Source: Candidatus Levyibacteriota bacterium
GTDB lineage: Bacteria; Patescibacteriota; Microgenomatia; Levybacterales; UBA12049
DNA length: 64,000 nt
Direction of reading: 5' to 3'
Assembly: GCA_030651475.1 (NCBI GenBank)
Contig: JAUSEW010000002.1
Span: 19,927-83,926 of the forward strand
In this document: positions 1-9,995 of the stretch, piece after piece
Numbering within the stretch: the stretch's first letter is position 1
Layout of the letters: each line of letters opens with the position of its first letter
The notes under the pieces: model-generated
Databases searched by the model: none
Told to the model about the DNA's origin: nothing
Seen by the model: only the letters and a program-made list of their open reading frames with translations
Program-made: the position numbers and the translations under genes

Positions 1-66
1 ATCTTCCTCAAACCTTCAGTTTCTAATTGCTAATTTAGGTTTTATTTGTTATCCTATGTAGGAATT

Positions 67-627
67 ATGGACAATACGGTTTCGGAAATGCGGCAGAAGA
101 TGGCAAAGGTTTTGGAGGTTATCAGAGGGGATTTGGCAACGGTTAGAACCGGAAGGGCGACTCCGGCTTTGGTAGAAAATATAGCAGTAAGCGTATATGG
201 AGGAGCGCAAAGGCTTCGAATTATGGAGCTTGCCACAATTGGCGCTTCGGAATCAAATGTTTTGACTCTTACTCCTTTTGATAATTCAATTCTTGACGAA
301 ATTCAAAAAGGAATTTTGGCGGCAAATGTCGGATTAACTCCTTCAACAGACGGACATGTCATCCGCATTATTATTCCGTCTCTTTCCGAAGAAAGGCGCC
401 AGGAATTGACCAAACTTGTGGGACAGAAATTGGAAAACGGCAGAATTATGCTGCGCCAGGTTCGGCATGAGGCAATGGATAGTGTAAAAAAACAATTTAG
501 CGATAAATTAGTTTCCAAAGACGAACTTATGAGACTTGAGAAAGACATACAAAAAGTAACAGACGACATAATGGGGCAGATAGAATTGTTAAGAGAAAAT
601 AAAGAAGCGGAGTTAATGCAGATATAA
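67..627 (+). CDS. frr: ribosome recycling factor
   Basis: ORF 46..627. RRF-like N-terminus (..VRTGRATPALVENIAV..) and ~185 aa length. Start is probably the Met at 67. Confidence 0.85.
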   Translation: MDNTVSEMRQKMAKVLEVIRGDLATVRTGRATPALVENIAVSVYGGAQRLRIMELATIGASESNVLTLTPFDNSILDEIQKGILAANVGLTPSTDGHVIRIIIPSLSEERRQELTKLVGQKLENGRIMLRQVRHEAMDSVKKQFSDKLVSKDELMRLEKDIQKVTDDIMGQIELLRENKEAELMQI

Positions 628-631
628 ATTT

Positions 632-1711
632 ATGGCGAAAAAAATAAGAGTTGGTATCATCGGCGTTGGAAATTGCTTCTCCGGACTAATTCAAGGAATA
701 GAATATTATAAAAAAAACAGAACCAAAGAACCAATCGGTTTAATGCACCCGAAAATCGGACAATACTCTTTTGAAGACATAGAATTTGTTTCCGCCTTTG
801 ATGTCGGCGTCAATAAAATCGGCCAGACTTTGGACAAAGCAGTATTTGCCTCTCCAAATTTGGTGAAATGGACAAAACTTCCCAAGAGCAAAGTTATCGT
901 CAGGGAATCTCCTGTTCTGGATGGGGTGGGATTTTATGTAGAAAACAGAATTAAACCGCTGGCAAAACCAACACCAATCGGTATCCTGGAAAAACAAATT
1001 ATTGCTGAAATCAAGAAATCGAAAACCGAAATTTTGGTAAACTATTTGCCCGTAGGAAGCCAAAAAGCGACTGAATTTTGGGCAGAGATTGCCTTGAAAA
1101 CAGGATGCGCTTTCGTAAATTGTCTTCCGGCTTTCATCGCTTCGAAAGAAAATTGGGCCAAAAGATTTAAAGACAAAAGAATTCCAATTATCGGAGATGA
1201 CATCAAGGGGCAAATCGGAGCGACGATTGTCCACCGCGTTTTGGCTCGCCTTTGCGATGACAGAGGAGCAACGATAGATAAAACTTACCAGATAAATGTC
1301 GGCGGCAACACGGACTTTTTAAATATGCTGGAAAGAACCAGATTGGAAAGCAAAAAAATCAGCAAAACGCAAGCAGTCACCAGCCAAATAAGTAAGGATA
1401 TCCATGCGGATAAGGTTTATATCGGGCCTTCGGATTTCATACCTTTCCTGGGAAATACGAAGCTGGCTTTTATCAGAATTGAAGGTAGAATGTTCGCCGA
1501 TATCCCGTATTCAATTGAATTGAGGCTGGATGTTGACGATAAATCAAACAGCGCGGGAGTGGTTATTGACGCCATACGCTGTGCAAGGCTGGCGTTAGAC
1601 AGAAAACTAGGCGGATATCAGGAAGTAAGTTCATATTTCATGAAGCACCCGCTAGTTCAAGAAACCGACAGTGACGCGAAACAAATCGTCGAAGACTTTA
1701 TTAAAAATTAA
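632..1711 (+). CDS. myo-inositol-1-phosphate (inositol-3-phosphate) synthase, archaeal/bacterial short type
   Basis: N-terminal Rossmann motif IGVGNCFSGLIQGIEYY. The ~360 aa length is typical of archaeal-type MIPS. Confidence 0.65.
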   Translation: MAKKIRVGIIGVGNCFSGLIQGIEYYKKNRTKEPIGLMHPKIGQYSFEDIEFVSAFDVGVNKIGQTLDKAVFASPNLVKWTKLPKSKVIVRESPVLDGVGFYVENRIKPLAKPTPIGILEKQIIAEIKKSKTEILVNYLPVGSQKATEFWAEIALKTGCAFVNCLPAFIASKENWAKRFKDKRIPIIGDDIKGQIGATIVHRVLARLCDDRGATIDKTYQINVGGNTDFLNMLERTRLESKKISKTQAVTSQISKDIHADKVYIGPSDFIPFLGNTKLAFIRIEGRMFADIPYSIELRLDVDDKSNSAGVVIDAIRCARLALDRKLGGYQEVSSYFMKHPLVQETDSDAKQIVEDFIKN

Positions 1712-1714
1712 TTC

Positions 1715-2827
1715 ATGTTTTTAACTATTTTGGTTTTCATCTTAATCCTAAGTGTTCTTGTTCTCATTCATGAAGCAGGACATTTTTTTATGGCAAAAAA
1801 GTTCGGAATAAAAGTAGAAGAATTCGGCTTTGGGCTTCCTCCAAGAATTTTTGGCAAGAAAATTGGCGAGACAATTTATTCTTTGAACTGGCTGCCAATC
1901 GGAGGATTTGTCAAACTTTATGGAGAAGACGACGCCGGAGCGGGACGAGTTAAAAATTCAAAGTTAAAAATTAAAAGTGGGAATATTGGTAGGGCGTTTT
2001 TCGCCAGACCTGCTTGGCAAAGAGCAATGGTTATCGGCGCCGGAGTAGCGATGAATTTTTTGCTCGCAGTTGTAATTATCTCATACCTTTTTGGCGTAGT
2101 CGGAGTAGGAATTCCGGGCAATAAAGTAATAGTCGCAGGTGTTGCCAAAGATGCTCCGGCATATAAAGCCGGATTTATGGTCGGAGATGTTATAGAAAAT
2201 ATAAATGGCGTCAAGATTATTGATCCTGGGCAATTAATTGAAATTACCAAAAACCATCTGGGGAAAAATATAACAGTCAAAATTATCCGAGATTCCAAAG
2301 AAAAGATTCTAAATATAGAACCGCGTAAAACTTACCCAACCAATGAAGGACCGATGGGGATTGCCATAACGCAAAATGTCGAGATAAAAAAATATCCTTG
2401 GTATGAGGCGCCAATCGTTGGTACGAAAGAAGCGCTGAAAAATTCCTGGCTTATCATAGAAGGACTGGGAACGGTTGTTTACGGATTGTTTGTTCAGGGA
2501 GCTTTGCCTAAAGACGTTGCCGGGCCAATTGGCATTGCGCAATTAACAGGACAAGTAGTAACTATGGGAACATTGGCAACTCTTTCCTTCGTATCTTTGC
2601 TTTCTCTAAACCTCGCAATTCTAAATATACTGCCAATTCCGGCGTTGGATGGAGGAAGATTATTTTTCATAATTATTGAGGCTGTGACGAGAAAAAAAGT
2701 AAATCAGAGATTTGAAGCTTGGGCGCACACCGTAGGAATGGTCATTCTTCTTACTTTAATTGCGGTTATTACAGTTCATGACCTGATAAGAGTTATAACC
2801 GGTCAGCCAATTCTTCCAAAACCATAG
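1715..2827 (+). CDS. rseP: RIP metalloprotease RseP (site-2 protease, PDZ domain)
   Basis: HEAGH zinc motif in first TM, central PDZ-like region and C-terminal LDGG motif. Confidence 0.85.
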   Translation: MFLTILVFILILSVLVLIHEAGHFFMAKKFGIKVEEFGFGLPPRIFGKKIGETIYSLNWLPIGGFVKLYGEDDAGAGRVKNSKLKIKSGNIGRAFFARPAWQRAMVIGAGVAMNFLLAVVIISYLFGVVGVGIPGNKVIVAGVAKDAPAYKAGFMVGDVIENINGVKIIDPGQLIEITKNHLGKNITVKIIRDSKEKILNIEPRKTYPTNEGPMGIAITQNVEIKKYPWYEAPIVGTKEALKNSWLIIEGLGTVVYGLFVQGALPKDVAGPIGIAQLTGQVVTMGTLATLSFVSLLSLNLAILNILPIPALDGGRLFFIIIEAVTRKKVNQRFEAWAHTVGMVILLTLIAVITVHDLIRVITGQPILPKP

Positions 2828-2842
2828 AATAGTATAGAAAAT

Positions 2843-3649
2843 ATGAACAAAAGTTTGCAAGAACTAAGACAAAGCTTCGTCAGGTTCTTTCTCAAGGCGG
2901 AAAAAGCAAAATTTACAGATAGGGAAGGACTAACTTTGGTTACAGTTGAGTCTCAAACGAAAGGATTAGGGATTGCAAAACAAATATTATATTTGTTAAC
3001 GGAGAAAAACCCAAATACCGTGCTCTTCCTTTCCGGAGGAAAAACGCCGGAAGATTTATACAGGCAGATTACCGAAGAAGCAAGGCTAAAAGTCGAAGCC
3101 GTTGCGATGGTGGATGAACGATTTGGACCCCGTCTGCATAACAACAGCAATGAAAGAATGATTGGGGAAACAGGATTTTGGTCGTATCTTGAAAAGAAGA
3201 AAATTTCGTTCTATTCAATCTTACGATTACACCCCAAGGGTGTAGCCTCAGACTTTGTGAGAGATTATGATAGAAAGGTTAAATATCTTCTAGGGCATTT
3301 TTCAAAAAAGATCGCAGTTTTGGGCATTGGAAAAGACGGTCATACGGCAGGAATAGCTCCCAACAGAAAAGATTTTATTAATCCTCTTTTTTCGAAATCT
3401 TTATTGGTTGGGTCATTTAAGGATCATAGGAGTATGGATGAGGGAGGTTTTGGGACAAGAATAACCTTAACCTTTGAAGCATTAAGGAAAATGGATATAT
3501 TATTGGTGTTGGCTTTTGGAGAAGAAAAAAAAGAGGCTCTTAGAAAAATGTTCAATAGGGGATCATTGGAGGAAATTCCAGCAAGATTTTATACGTCGGA
3601 ACCGCAAATTGTTCAAAGAACTATTTTAATTACGGATCAGAAAGTATAA
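2843..3649 (+). CDS. pgl: 6-phosphogluconolactonase
   Basis: LFLSGGKTP and GIGKDGHTAGIAP motifs of the NagB/Pgl family. Located immediately upstream of zwf. Contains an in-frame palindromic insertion at 3227-3250. Confidence 0.75.
   Translation: MNKSLQELRQSFVRFFLKAEKAKFTDREGLTLVTVESQTKGLGIAKQILYLLTEKNPNTVLFLSGGKTPEDLYRQITEEARLKVEAVAMVDERFGPRLHNNSNERMIGETGFWSYLEKKKISFYSILRLHPKGVASDFVRDYDRKVKYLLGHFSKKIAVLGIGKDGHTAGIAPNRKDFINPLFSKSLLVGSFKDHRSMDEGGFGTRITLTFEALRKMDILLVLAFGEEKKEALRKMFNRGSLEEIPARFYTSEPQIVQRTILITDQKV
3227..3250. repeat. GC-rich palindromic element (family 2) inserted in frame in pgl
   Basis: TTACACCCCAAGGGTGTAGCCTCA. A near-identical copy lies at 57405-57429 in intergenic DNA. Confidence 0.7.
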
Positions 3650-3658
3650 TATAGTTAT

Positions 3659-5122
3659 ATGCAGAGTTCTTTTGTAATGGTTATTTTTGGTGCAACCGGT
3701 GATTTGGCGCAAAACAAACTTATCCCCTCGCTTTTTTCTCTTTTCAAACAAAAACAACTACCAACAGACTTTTTTATAGTAGGTTTTTCAAGAAGAGAAC
3801 TTAGCGACAGCGATTTTGGATCATATTTCAAAGCTCTTCAAGATAAAGAAGGATGGAATGAGTTTGCCAAACATTTATCTTACCAAAAAGGAAGCTTTGA
3901 TGACATAAGCGGATATTCAGAGCTTATAGATAAACTTAAAAAACTTGACGACAAAATCGGCGCGTGCGTAACTCGCTTTTTTTACCTTGCCACTCCTCCG
4001 GATCATTATCAAAATATTCTTAAGTTTTTGCGGGAAACTAAACTATCGGAGGGGTGCGGTCCCCACTTCGCCCCGCTAAGCGGGGCTTCGAGGAGCAAGC
4101 AAGAGAGTAAGTGGACAAGGATAATTATTGAGAAACCTTTCGGTAAGGATCTAGAGACTGCAAAAGCATTGGATATGAAGCTTTCCGAAGTCTTTGAGGA
4201 GAAACAAATTTTTAGGGTGGATCATTACTTGGGTAAAGAAACAATGCAAAATATTATTGCTTTTAGATTTGCCAATGGAATTTTTGAGCCGGTTTGGAAT
4301 AAAAATTTTATAGACCATGTGCAAATTACTTGGGCGGAGGAACAAGGTGTAAAAGAAAGGGGAAATTTTTTTGACGGAGTAGGATTACTTCGGGATGTCG
4401 GACAAAATCATTTGATGCAGCTTGTTACGGCAGTTGCTATGGAAAGCCCGAAGAGTTTTTCCAAAGAAGGAGTCAGAGATGCAAGAGCAGAGGTTATTAA
4501 AAAAATCCGTTGCGTAGAATCAAGTGAAGTTTCGAAAAATATAGTTAGGGGTCAATATGAAAATTATAGATCGGAAAAAAATGTAGCGAAAAATTCCAAT
4601 ACGGAAACATTCGTTGCTATGAAAATTTTTGTTGATACGGATCGGATGGCAGGCGTGCCTTTTTATATAAGAATGGGTAAAAAAATGCCCAAAAATTTAG
4701 TTGAAATATCTGTTGTTTTTATACAGACTTGCCACATTTTGTTTAAAGAATATGGCTGTCCTGAAATAGGAAATGTTTTGGTGTTTAGAATTCAGCCGGA
4801 TGAAGGAATTAATCTTCGCGTCATCGCAAAAAAGCCCGGCGCCAAGCTTTCTCTAGGAACCGTTAATATGAATTTTTCCTACGAAGATCAATTTAGGACA
4901 AATGGAGCAGATGCGTACGAGAAAGTGCTTCTTGATATTTTTGCAGGCGATCAAATGCTTTTCAATAGATCGGATGAGTTGGAAAGTTCATGGGAATTTA
5001 TAACAAAAATTTTGAAAGGATGGGCTAATTTAGGGGTTGAACCCCTAAAGTATAAGGCGGGAACTTGGGGACCGGAAGAGGCGGAGGCGCTAATCGAAAA
5101 AGACGGGAGGAAGTGGATATAA
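3659..5122 (+). CDS. zwf: glucose-6-phosphate 1-dehydrogenase
   Basis: IFGATGDLA NADP motif, IIEKPFG and RVDHYLGKE active-site motifs. Confidence 0.9.
   Translation: MQSSFVMVIFGATGDLAQNKLIPSLFSLFKQKQLPTDFFIVGFSRRELSDSDFGSYFKALQDKEGWNEFAKHLSYQKGSFDDISGYSELIDKLKKLDDKIGACVTRFFYLATPPDHYQNILKFLRETKLSEGCGPHFAPLSGASRSKQESKWTRIIIEKPFGKDLETAKALDMKLSEVFEEKQIFRVDHYLGKETMQNIIAFRFANGIFEPVWNKNFIDHVQITWAEEQGVKERGNFFDGVGLLRDVGQNHLMQLVTAVAMESPKSFSKEGVRDARAEVIKKIRCVESSEVSKNIVRGQYENYRSEKNVAKNSNTETFVAMKIFVDTDRMAGVPFYIRMGKKMPKNLVEISVVFIQTCHILFKEYGCPEIGNVLVFRIQPDEGINLRVIAKKPGAKLSLGTVNMNFSYEDQFRTNGADAYEKVLLDIFAGDQMLFNRSDELESSWEFITKILKGWANLGVEPLKYKAGTWGPEEAEALIEKDGRKWI
4049..4094. repeat. GC-rich hairpin element inserted in frame in zwf
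   Basis: ~46-bp GC-rich segment in an AT-rich gene with internal stem GCCCCGC-TAA-GCGGGGC. Encodes ~15 extra residues (GCGPHFAPLSGASRS) just before the conserved IIEKPFG. Confidence 0.6.
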
Positions 5123-5233
5123 AGAAAATTCAAAAATCAAATCTCAAAAATCAAAAATAAAGTTTGTAATATTGGGATTTGTAATTTAGAGTTTATTTAG
5201 GATTTAAATATTAGAAATTAGAATTTAAAAAGT

Positions 5234-5557
5234 ATGAATATAACGTTTGATGAGTTTAAAAAGCTTGATATTAGAGTTGGGAAGATTTTGAGTGCGGAGA
5301 AAATTGAGGGAACGGATAAATTGTTGAAATTGGAAGTTGATTTCTCTGATTTTCGCCGTCAAATTGTGTCGGGAATAGCACAGTTTTATAAACCCGAAGA
5401 TTTGGTTGGGAAACTTTCTCCATTTATTCTTAATTTAGAACCAAGGGTAATGCGTGGAGTTGAAAGTCAGGGAATGCTTATGGCAGTTGATGTTGATGGC
5501 AAAGCAGTGCTTTTGAAACCTCTCAAAAAAGTCCCCGCAGGAAGTGCGATAGGATAA
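5234..5557 (+). CDS. tRNA-binding domain protein (CsaA/Trbp111-like)
   Basis: KLDIRVGKI...SQGML EMAP/Myf-type tRNA-binding fold. Confidence 0.7.
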   Translation: MNITFDEFKKLDIRVGKILSAEKIEGTDKLLKLEVDFSDFRRQIVSGIAQFYKPEDLVGKLSPFILNLEPRVMRGVESQGMLMAVDVDGKAVLLKPLKKVPAGSAIG

Positions 5558-5561
5558 AAAT

Positions 5562-6449
5562 ATGAAATTTGGGTTTATTGGATTGGGAAAAATGGGTTCA
5601 AGAATGGTTGGAAAACTTCTTCAAGAAGGGCACGAGGTTGTGGCGTGGAATCGATCGGATAATGAATTAAAAAATACAGAAACCGTTGAAGAGTTAGTAA
5701 AGAGTTTAGGAAAACCTAGAATTGTTTGGTCGATGGTGCCGGCAGGGGAGGCAACGGAAGATATTTTAGATGAAGTTTTAAAGTTTATAGAAAAAGGCGA
5801 TATCGTTATCGACGGAGGAAATTCTCATTTTAAAGATACTCAAAGAAGATTTGATAACTTCAAGAAGAAGGGAATTAGATTTTTGGGAATAGGAGTATCG
5901 GGTGGGATTATTGCGGCAAAAGAAGGATATCCGATGATGGTTGGAGGAGATAAATCAGCATATGAACTTATCAAACCTATTTTAAGCTCACTGGCGAAAC
6001 CGCATGGCGGACATGAATATTTCGGTATTGGCGGAGCAGGACATTTCGTCAAAATGCTTCATAACGGAATAGAGTACGGAATTATGCAAAGTCTTGGAGA
6101 GGGGTTTGAGGTTTTGGAAAAAGCTCCATATAAATTAGATTTATTGAAAGTCGCCAAACTTTGGCAAAAAGGAACGCTTGTTTCCGGTTTTATGCTCGAC
6201 AGAACAGTTGAAGTTTTTGCAAAAGACCCGACGCTATCCGATATTCAAGGCATTATTGCCGAATCCGGTGAAGCACGGTGGACTATTGATCAGGCCAAAG
6301 AAGAAGGAGTAAGAGTTGAGATTATTGAAAGGTCTTTGGATTACAGAAAAAGGTCGCAAAGAGATAAAAAAATCCAGAATTCTTTTACGGCCAAATTAGT
6401 TGCCGCCCTCCGTAATGCTTTCGGAGGTCACAAAGTTAAAAAGATTTGA
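5562..6449 (+). CDS. gnd: 6-phosphogluconate dehydrogenase-like, short NAD(P)-binding form
   Basis: FIGLGKMGSRM Rossmann motif and 6PGDH-family central region, ~295 aa. Ends with TGA. Confidence 0.7.
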   Translation: MKFGFIGLGKMGSRMVGKLLQEGHEVVAWNRSDNELKNTETVEELVKSLGKPRIVWSMVPAGEATEDILDEVLKFIEKGDIVIDGGNSHFKDTQRRFDNFKKKGIRFLGIGVSGGIIAAKEGYPMMVGGDKSAYELIKPILSSLAKPHGGHEYFGIGGAGHFVKMLHNGIEYGIMQSLGEGFEVLEKAPYKLDLLKVAKLWQKGTLVSGFMLDRTVEVFAKDPTLSDIQGIIAESGEARWTIDQAKEEGVRVEIIERSLDYRKRSQRDKKIQNSFTAKLVAALRNAFGGHKVKKI

Positions 6450-7869
6450 GGGCATTGGCAATTATTTTCTTTAGTTTTTCTTCATCTGCTTCGACGAAAA
6501 TCGGTTTATTGGCGAAATTAGATTTAATTGGTCCTTTCTTGCGTATAACTTTAGTCTCCGTAATAAACTCCTCATAAAGCTCGCCGCGATGATAGCGGAC
6601 AGTATAATCAGGATCTTTTAAAATGTGTCCGGTAAGAATTGCAATAACGATTTCATTTTTGTCAAACGCTACATCAGTTCCCTCTTTGACGATTTTTTTA
6701 AGCCCTGCAATAGTAACTGCCGACGCAGGTTCGCAACCAATTCCATCTCTACCAATTATCGCTTTAGCATCGGCAATTTCCTGTTCTGTTACTTGAGCTA
6801 CCCATCCGTCAGTTTCTTTTATCCCGTCCATTGCTTTTTTCCAAGAAATTGGATTTCCGATTTTTATGGCAGTTGCCAAAGTTTTGGCATGAACCGCAAT
6901 AAGATTATCAGGATGATTACTGGTGACTGTTTCGTACAGCGGATTGGCGCCTTTTGCCTGAACAACAGTAATTTTGGGCAGTTTTTTAATAAATCCTAGG
7001 CTTTTTAGTTCCCTAAGAGCTTTTCCTATGGATGATGCATGTCCGAGATTTCCTCCGGGGACAACAATTCTGTCCGGCACTTGCCAATCAAGCTGTTCCA
7101 GTAATTCCAAAACCATAGTTTTTTGTCCTTCTATGCGGAAGGGATTGATTGAATTTACAACATAAACATTAAGAAGAGGCGCAACTTTCATAATTAAATC
7201 CATTGCCTTGTCGAAATCTCCGCCGATTTGAATTGTTAGCGCGCCGTAATCCAAAGACTGGGATAGTTTACCAAAGGAAATCTGGCCTTCAGGAATAAGC
7301 ACAATAGGTAGCATTCCTGCTCGTCTTGCATAAGCTGCTTCAGATGCGGAAGTATTGCCGGTTGAAGAGCAGGCGACTGCTTTGGCTCCCAAAATTTTGG
7401 CTTGAGTTATAGCAGCGCTCATCCCGGGATCTTTGAATGAACCCGTAGGATCAAAGCCTTGATGTTTCACCAAAAGTTTGGGGAGTCCTACATATTTTGC
7501 GCAAGTTGGAGCATTCAAAAGAGGAGTATTTCCTTCGCTCATAGTCACTACATTTTTTGGATTATCGCAAAAAGGCATAATTTCTCTAAATCTCCAAACT
7601 CCGCTTCTGTCCTCCTGTTTTGCAGATATTCTTCTAAGTTTCCATAAAGCTTTTAAACTTTCTGGATCCAGATTTTTGGGGAATTTGTATTTGACATCCA
7701 AAATATCATTGCATTTAGGGCAGTTATAAAGAGGATTTGAATTTGCAGGAAATTTGGATTTGCATTTAATGCATTCGATATAGGCGGTATTGGAAAAACC
7801 GGGATTTGCTTTGAGAATTGCTTCGGTTTCTTTGAGAACATTTATTTGGCGGCTGGATTTGGTAGCCAT
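6436..7869 (-). CDS. thrC: threonine synthase with N-terminal zinc-ribbon
   Basis: PLP fold with SFKDPG lysine motif. N-terminal CxxC...CxxC. Start chosen at MATKSS. Confidence 0.85.
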   Translation of the reverse strand: MATKSSRQINVLKETEAILKANPGFSNTAYIECIKCKSKFPANSNPLYNCPKCNDILDVKYKFPKNLDPESLKALWKLRRISAKQEDRSGVWRFREIMPFCDNPKNVVTMSEGNTPLLNAPTCAKYVGLPKLLVKHQGFDPTGSFKDPGMSAAITQAKILGAKAVACSSTGNTSASEAAYARRAGMLPIVLIPEGQISFGKLSQSLDYGALTIQIGGDFDKAMDLIMKVAPLLNVYVVNSINPFRIEGQKTMVLELLEQLDWQVPDRIVVPGGNLGHASSIGKALRELKSLGFIKKLPKITVVQAKGANPLYETVTSNHPDNLIAVHAKTLATAIKIGNPISWKKAMDGIKETDGWVAQVTEQEIADAKAIIGRDGIGCEPASAVTIAGLKKIVKEGTDVAFDKNEIVIAILTGHILKDPDYTVRYHRGELYEEFITETKVIRKKGPIKSNFANKPIFVEADEEKLKKIIANALKSF

Positions 7870-7961
7870 AAAATTTGCGGATGAAAGAGTTTGGTTAAAC
7901 TTACCAGAATAAACCCCCAAAGTCAAGAAAAAGGAACAGAGAAGAGTATTGAGATTATCGT

Positions 7962-8567
7962 TTATTCTCTTGAAAGTGGATTGTCTTGAGGCATACCACG
8001 TCCTTGGATGATAAGAGTCTGTGCACCATTAAGTACTTTTTGGATAAAACACTCGCGATCGTAAGGAGTAGCGTGTCTAAAGTCTTCCAGCCCTATAGCA
8101 GATATTGTATATACGTGGTGGTCTCCATTCGTAATTATTATATCTCTCGAAGACGCAAATATTTGATTTCGTATCATTTGTTCTTTTTCATCCTTCGTTA
8201 ATTTTCTAAGATCTAATTCCGCTCTAATAACATTATCTGCCAAGTCTGTTGTTAAAGATACGAGCGGTGGTTTGCTGGTTGGTTTTTCGGTAATGGGAGA
8301 AGCCATCCTAACCGTAACTTCGTCTGCTCCTTCGATTGACTCTGCTAATTCCTGAAGAGCTCCTTCACGCCCTTTTTTAGAAAAAGGTACTAGCGACACT
8401 TTTATTGCAGGGGTTCTGGTTTTTTTATGCCTATCAAACCAAACAGCCTCGATTGAACTATCTGGATTTTCCTTTTGCGAATAAATAAGCATTGTTGTTT
8501 CCTGTAAAGTAGGATGCCTAAAGCAAAATCTATATGTAGGTATTTGGCCTTTCTCGATATTAGACAT
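7962..8567 (-). CDS. hypothetical protein
   Basis: 201-aa ORF with no recognisable motifs. Confidence 0.4.
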   Translation of the reverse strand: MSNIEKGQIPTYRFCFRHPTLQETTMLIYSQKENPDSSIEAVWFDRHKKTRTPAIKVSLVPFSKKGREGALQELAESIEGADEVTVRMASPITEKPTSKPPLVSLTTDLADNVIRAELDLRKLTKDEKEQMIRNQIFASSRDIIITNGDHHVYTISAIGLEDFRHATPYDRECFIQKVLNGAQTLIIQGRGMPQDNPLSRE

Positions 8568-8601
8568 AATATGGAATTATACGCTAATTTTTAGAAAATT
8601 T

Positions 8602-8940
8602 CTATTGCGAGGTAATTTTGCCTCTAACGTTTTGATCTATTTGAGCAGGTTGTCTAAGAATTATTTCTTCTGCATCTGTCATAGCGTTAACGATAAGATT
8701 AATAGCATTAGCTCTTTTGTCCTCAGGCAATTTCCTTATTGCGTCTACGGCTTGAGAATTTAAAGATAAAGTTGTCCCATTAGGACTTCTTAGAGCAATC
8801 TGAGTTAGATGGCTTCCATTTAGTTGTCCATTCGCAAGTAACTTAAGCTGCTCCTTATTGTATTTTTTTGGATCCACTACTATCGTAGTCCCTTCAGGTC
8901 CAACAGTAATTTTACTCTTTCTGTGTTCTTCGATTGCCAT
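8602..8940 (-). CDS. hypothetical protein
   Basis: 112-aa ORF with no recognisable motifs. Confidence 0.4.
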   Translation of the reverse strand: MAIEEHRKSKITVGPEGTTIVVDPKKYNKEQLKLLANGQLNGSHLTQIALRSPNGTTLSLNSQAVDAIRKLPEDKRANAINLIVNAMTDAEEIILRQPAQIDQNVRGKITSQ

Positions 8941-9119
8941 AGTTTTGAATTATATAACAATTTTCGAAAATATGCTATACATTTCCCAGATGATGTATGT
9001 TAGTTGAGCATTGAGTAATCAATTGTTCATTATAGAACACCGCTATAGCGTACTGATGCACGGAGATTGGGAAAATTGTTTTTGCCTCAAAACAAGCTTT
9101 CTGGTAGAATAGCTCCACT

Positions 9120-9995
9120 ATGAAAGAGAGAGAAGTGTCGCAATTTGGATCAAATCCAGAATTCGCAATAAGCAAAGATCAAAAGGAACGATTTATTACT
9201 CGTAGAATGGTAGTAAAAATTGGAAGTAGTACCTTGTCTAAGGATGGTGATCCGCTCAATAGGGTGTTTATGGATAGTATTGCTTGCCAATCAAGCAGGC
9301 TTTTTAAAAGTGGAGTTGAGCTTCTTATTGTTTCATCAGGAGCTGTGGTAAGTGGGGATTGGCTAATTAGAGAAAGGGGGATCAATATAAATCAACTTTT
9401 TTCAGGTCACCTGCAGAGCTTAACGGAAAAAGAGGGGAAAGTTTTTTTAGATAGAGTAAGGGCATTTTATGGTCAGGCAGAGTTAATGAGCACATGGAGA
9501 GAGGCTTTTGCACATTACGGAATTTTGGCAGGCCAGGGACTCTATGAAGATAGAAATCTGAAAAAGGAAAACACGAAGGATGTTTTGGAGTCTTGTTGTA
9601 AAATCGGCGTGCCAATAATTAACGCAAACGATGCCGTGAGTGATTTCGAGATGCGACAATTTGCACTTTCTGCCGATAACGATAAGCTTGCCGGGTTTAT
9701 TGCAAGAACCGTAAATGCTGATACTTTGATTCTCTTAACAGATGTTGATGGGGTATTGGATAAGAATGGAGAAGTACTTTCTCACGTTGATAGGCTTGAA
9801 GATATCCAAGAGCTTATAAAAGATACAAGCGGTAGGCCGGGCGGTATGTGGGGTAAAGCCATAGTCGCCAAAACTGCGGCAAGGGATGATAAGCGCGCTT
9901 TTATTGCCAGCGGAAGAGAAAAGGACGTATTGGTTCGAATTGCAAAAGGAGAAAATGTGGGAACTAGATTTAAGAAAGGCTGGATGTTATACTAA
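9120..9995 (+). CDS. amino-acid kinase family protein, glutamate 5-kinase-like
   Basis: VVKIGSS, NANDAV, ADNDKLAG, LTDVDGV and GRPGGMWGKAI correspond to ProB motifs. The true start may be the Met at 9207. Confidence 0.65.
   Translation: MKEREVSQFGSNPEFAISKDQKERFITRRMVVKIGSSTLSKDGDPLNRVFMDSIACQSSRLFKSGVELLIVSSGAVVSGDWLIRERGININQLFSGHLQSLTEKEGKVFLDRVRAFYGQAELMSTWREAFAHYGILAGQGLYEDRNLKKENTKDVLESCCKIGVPIINANDAVSDFEMRQFALSADNDKLAGFIARTVNADTLILLTDVDGVLDKNGEVLSHVDRLEDIQELIKDTSGRPGGMWGKAIVAKTAARDDKRAFIASGREKDVLVRIAKGENVGTRFKKGWMLY

Noticed and set aside
5123-5233. AT-rich intergenic tracts with TAGGATTT / AAAATCAAA repeats (also 45941-46034), scanned for tRNA or ncRNA
   Set aside because: No cloverleaf or conserved RNA motif was recognisable. 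They are probably promoter or UP-element-rich spacers typical of a low-GC genome.
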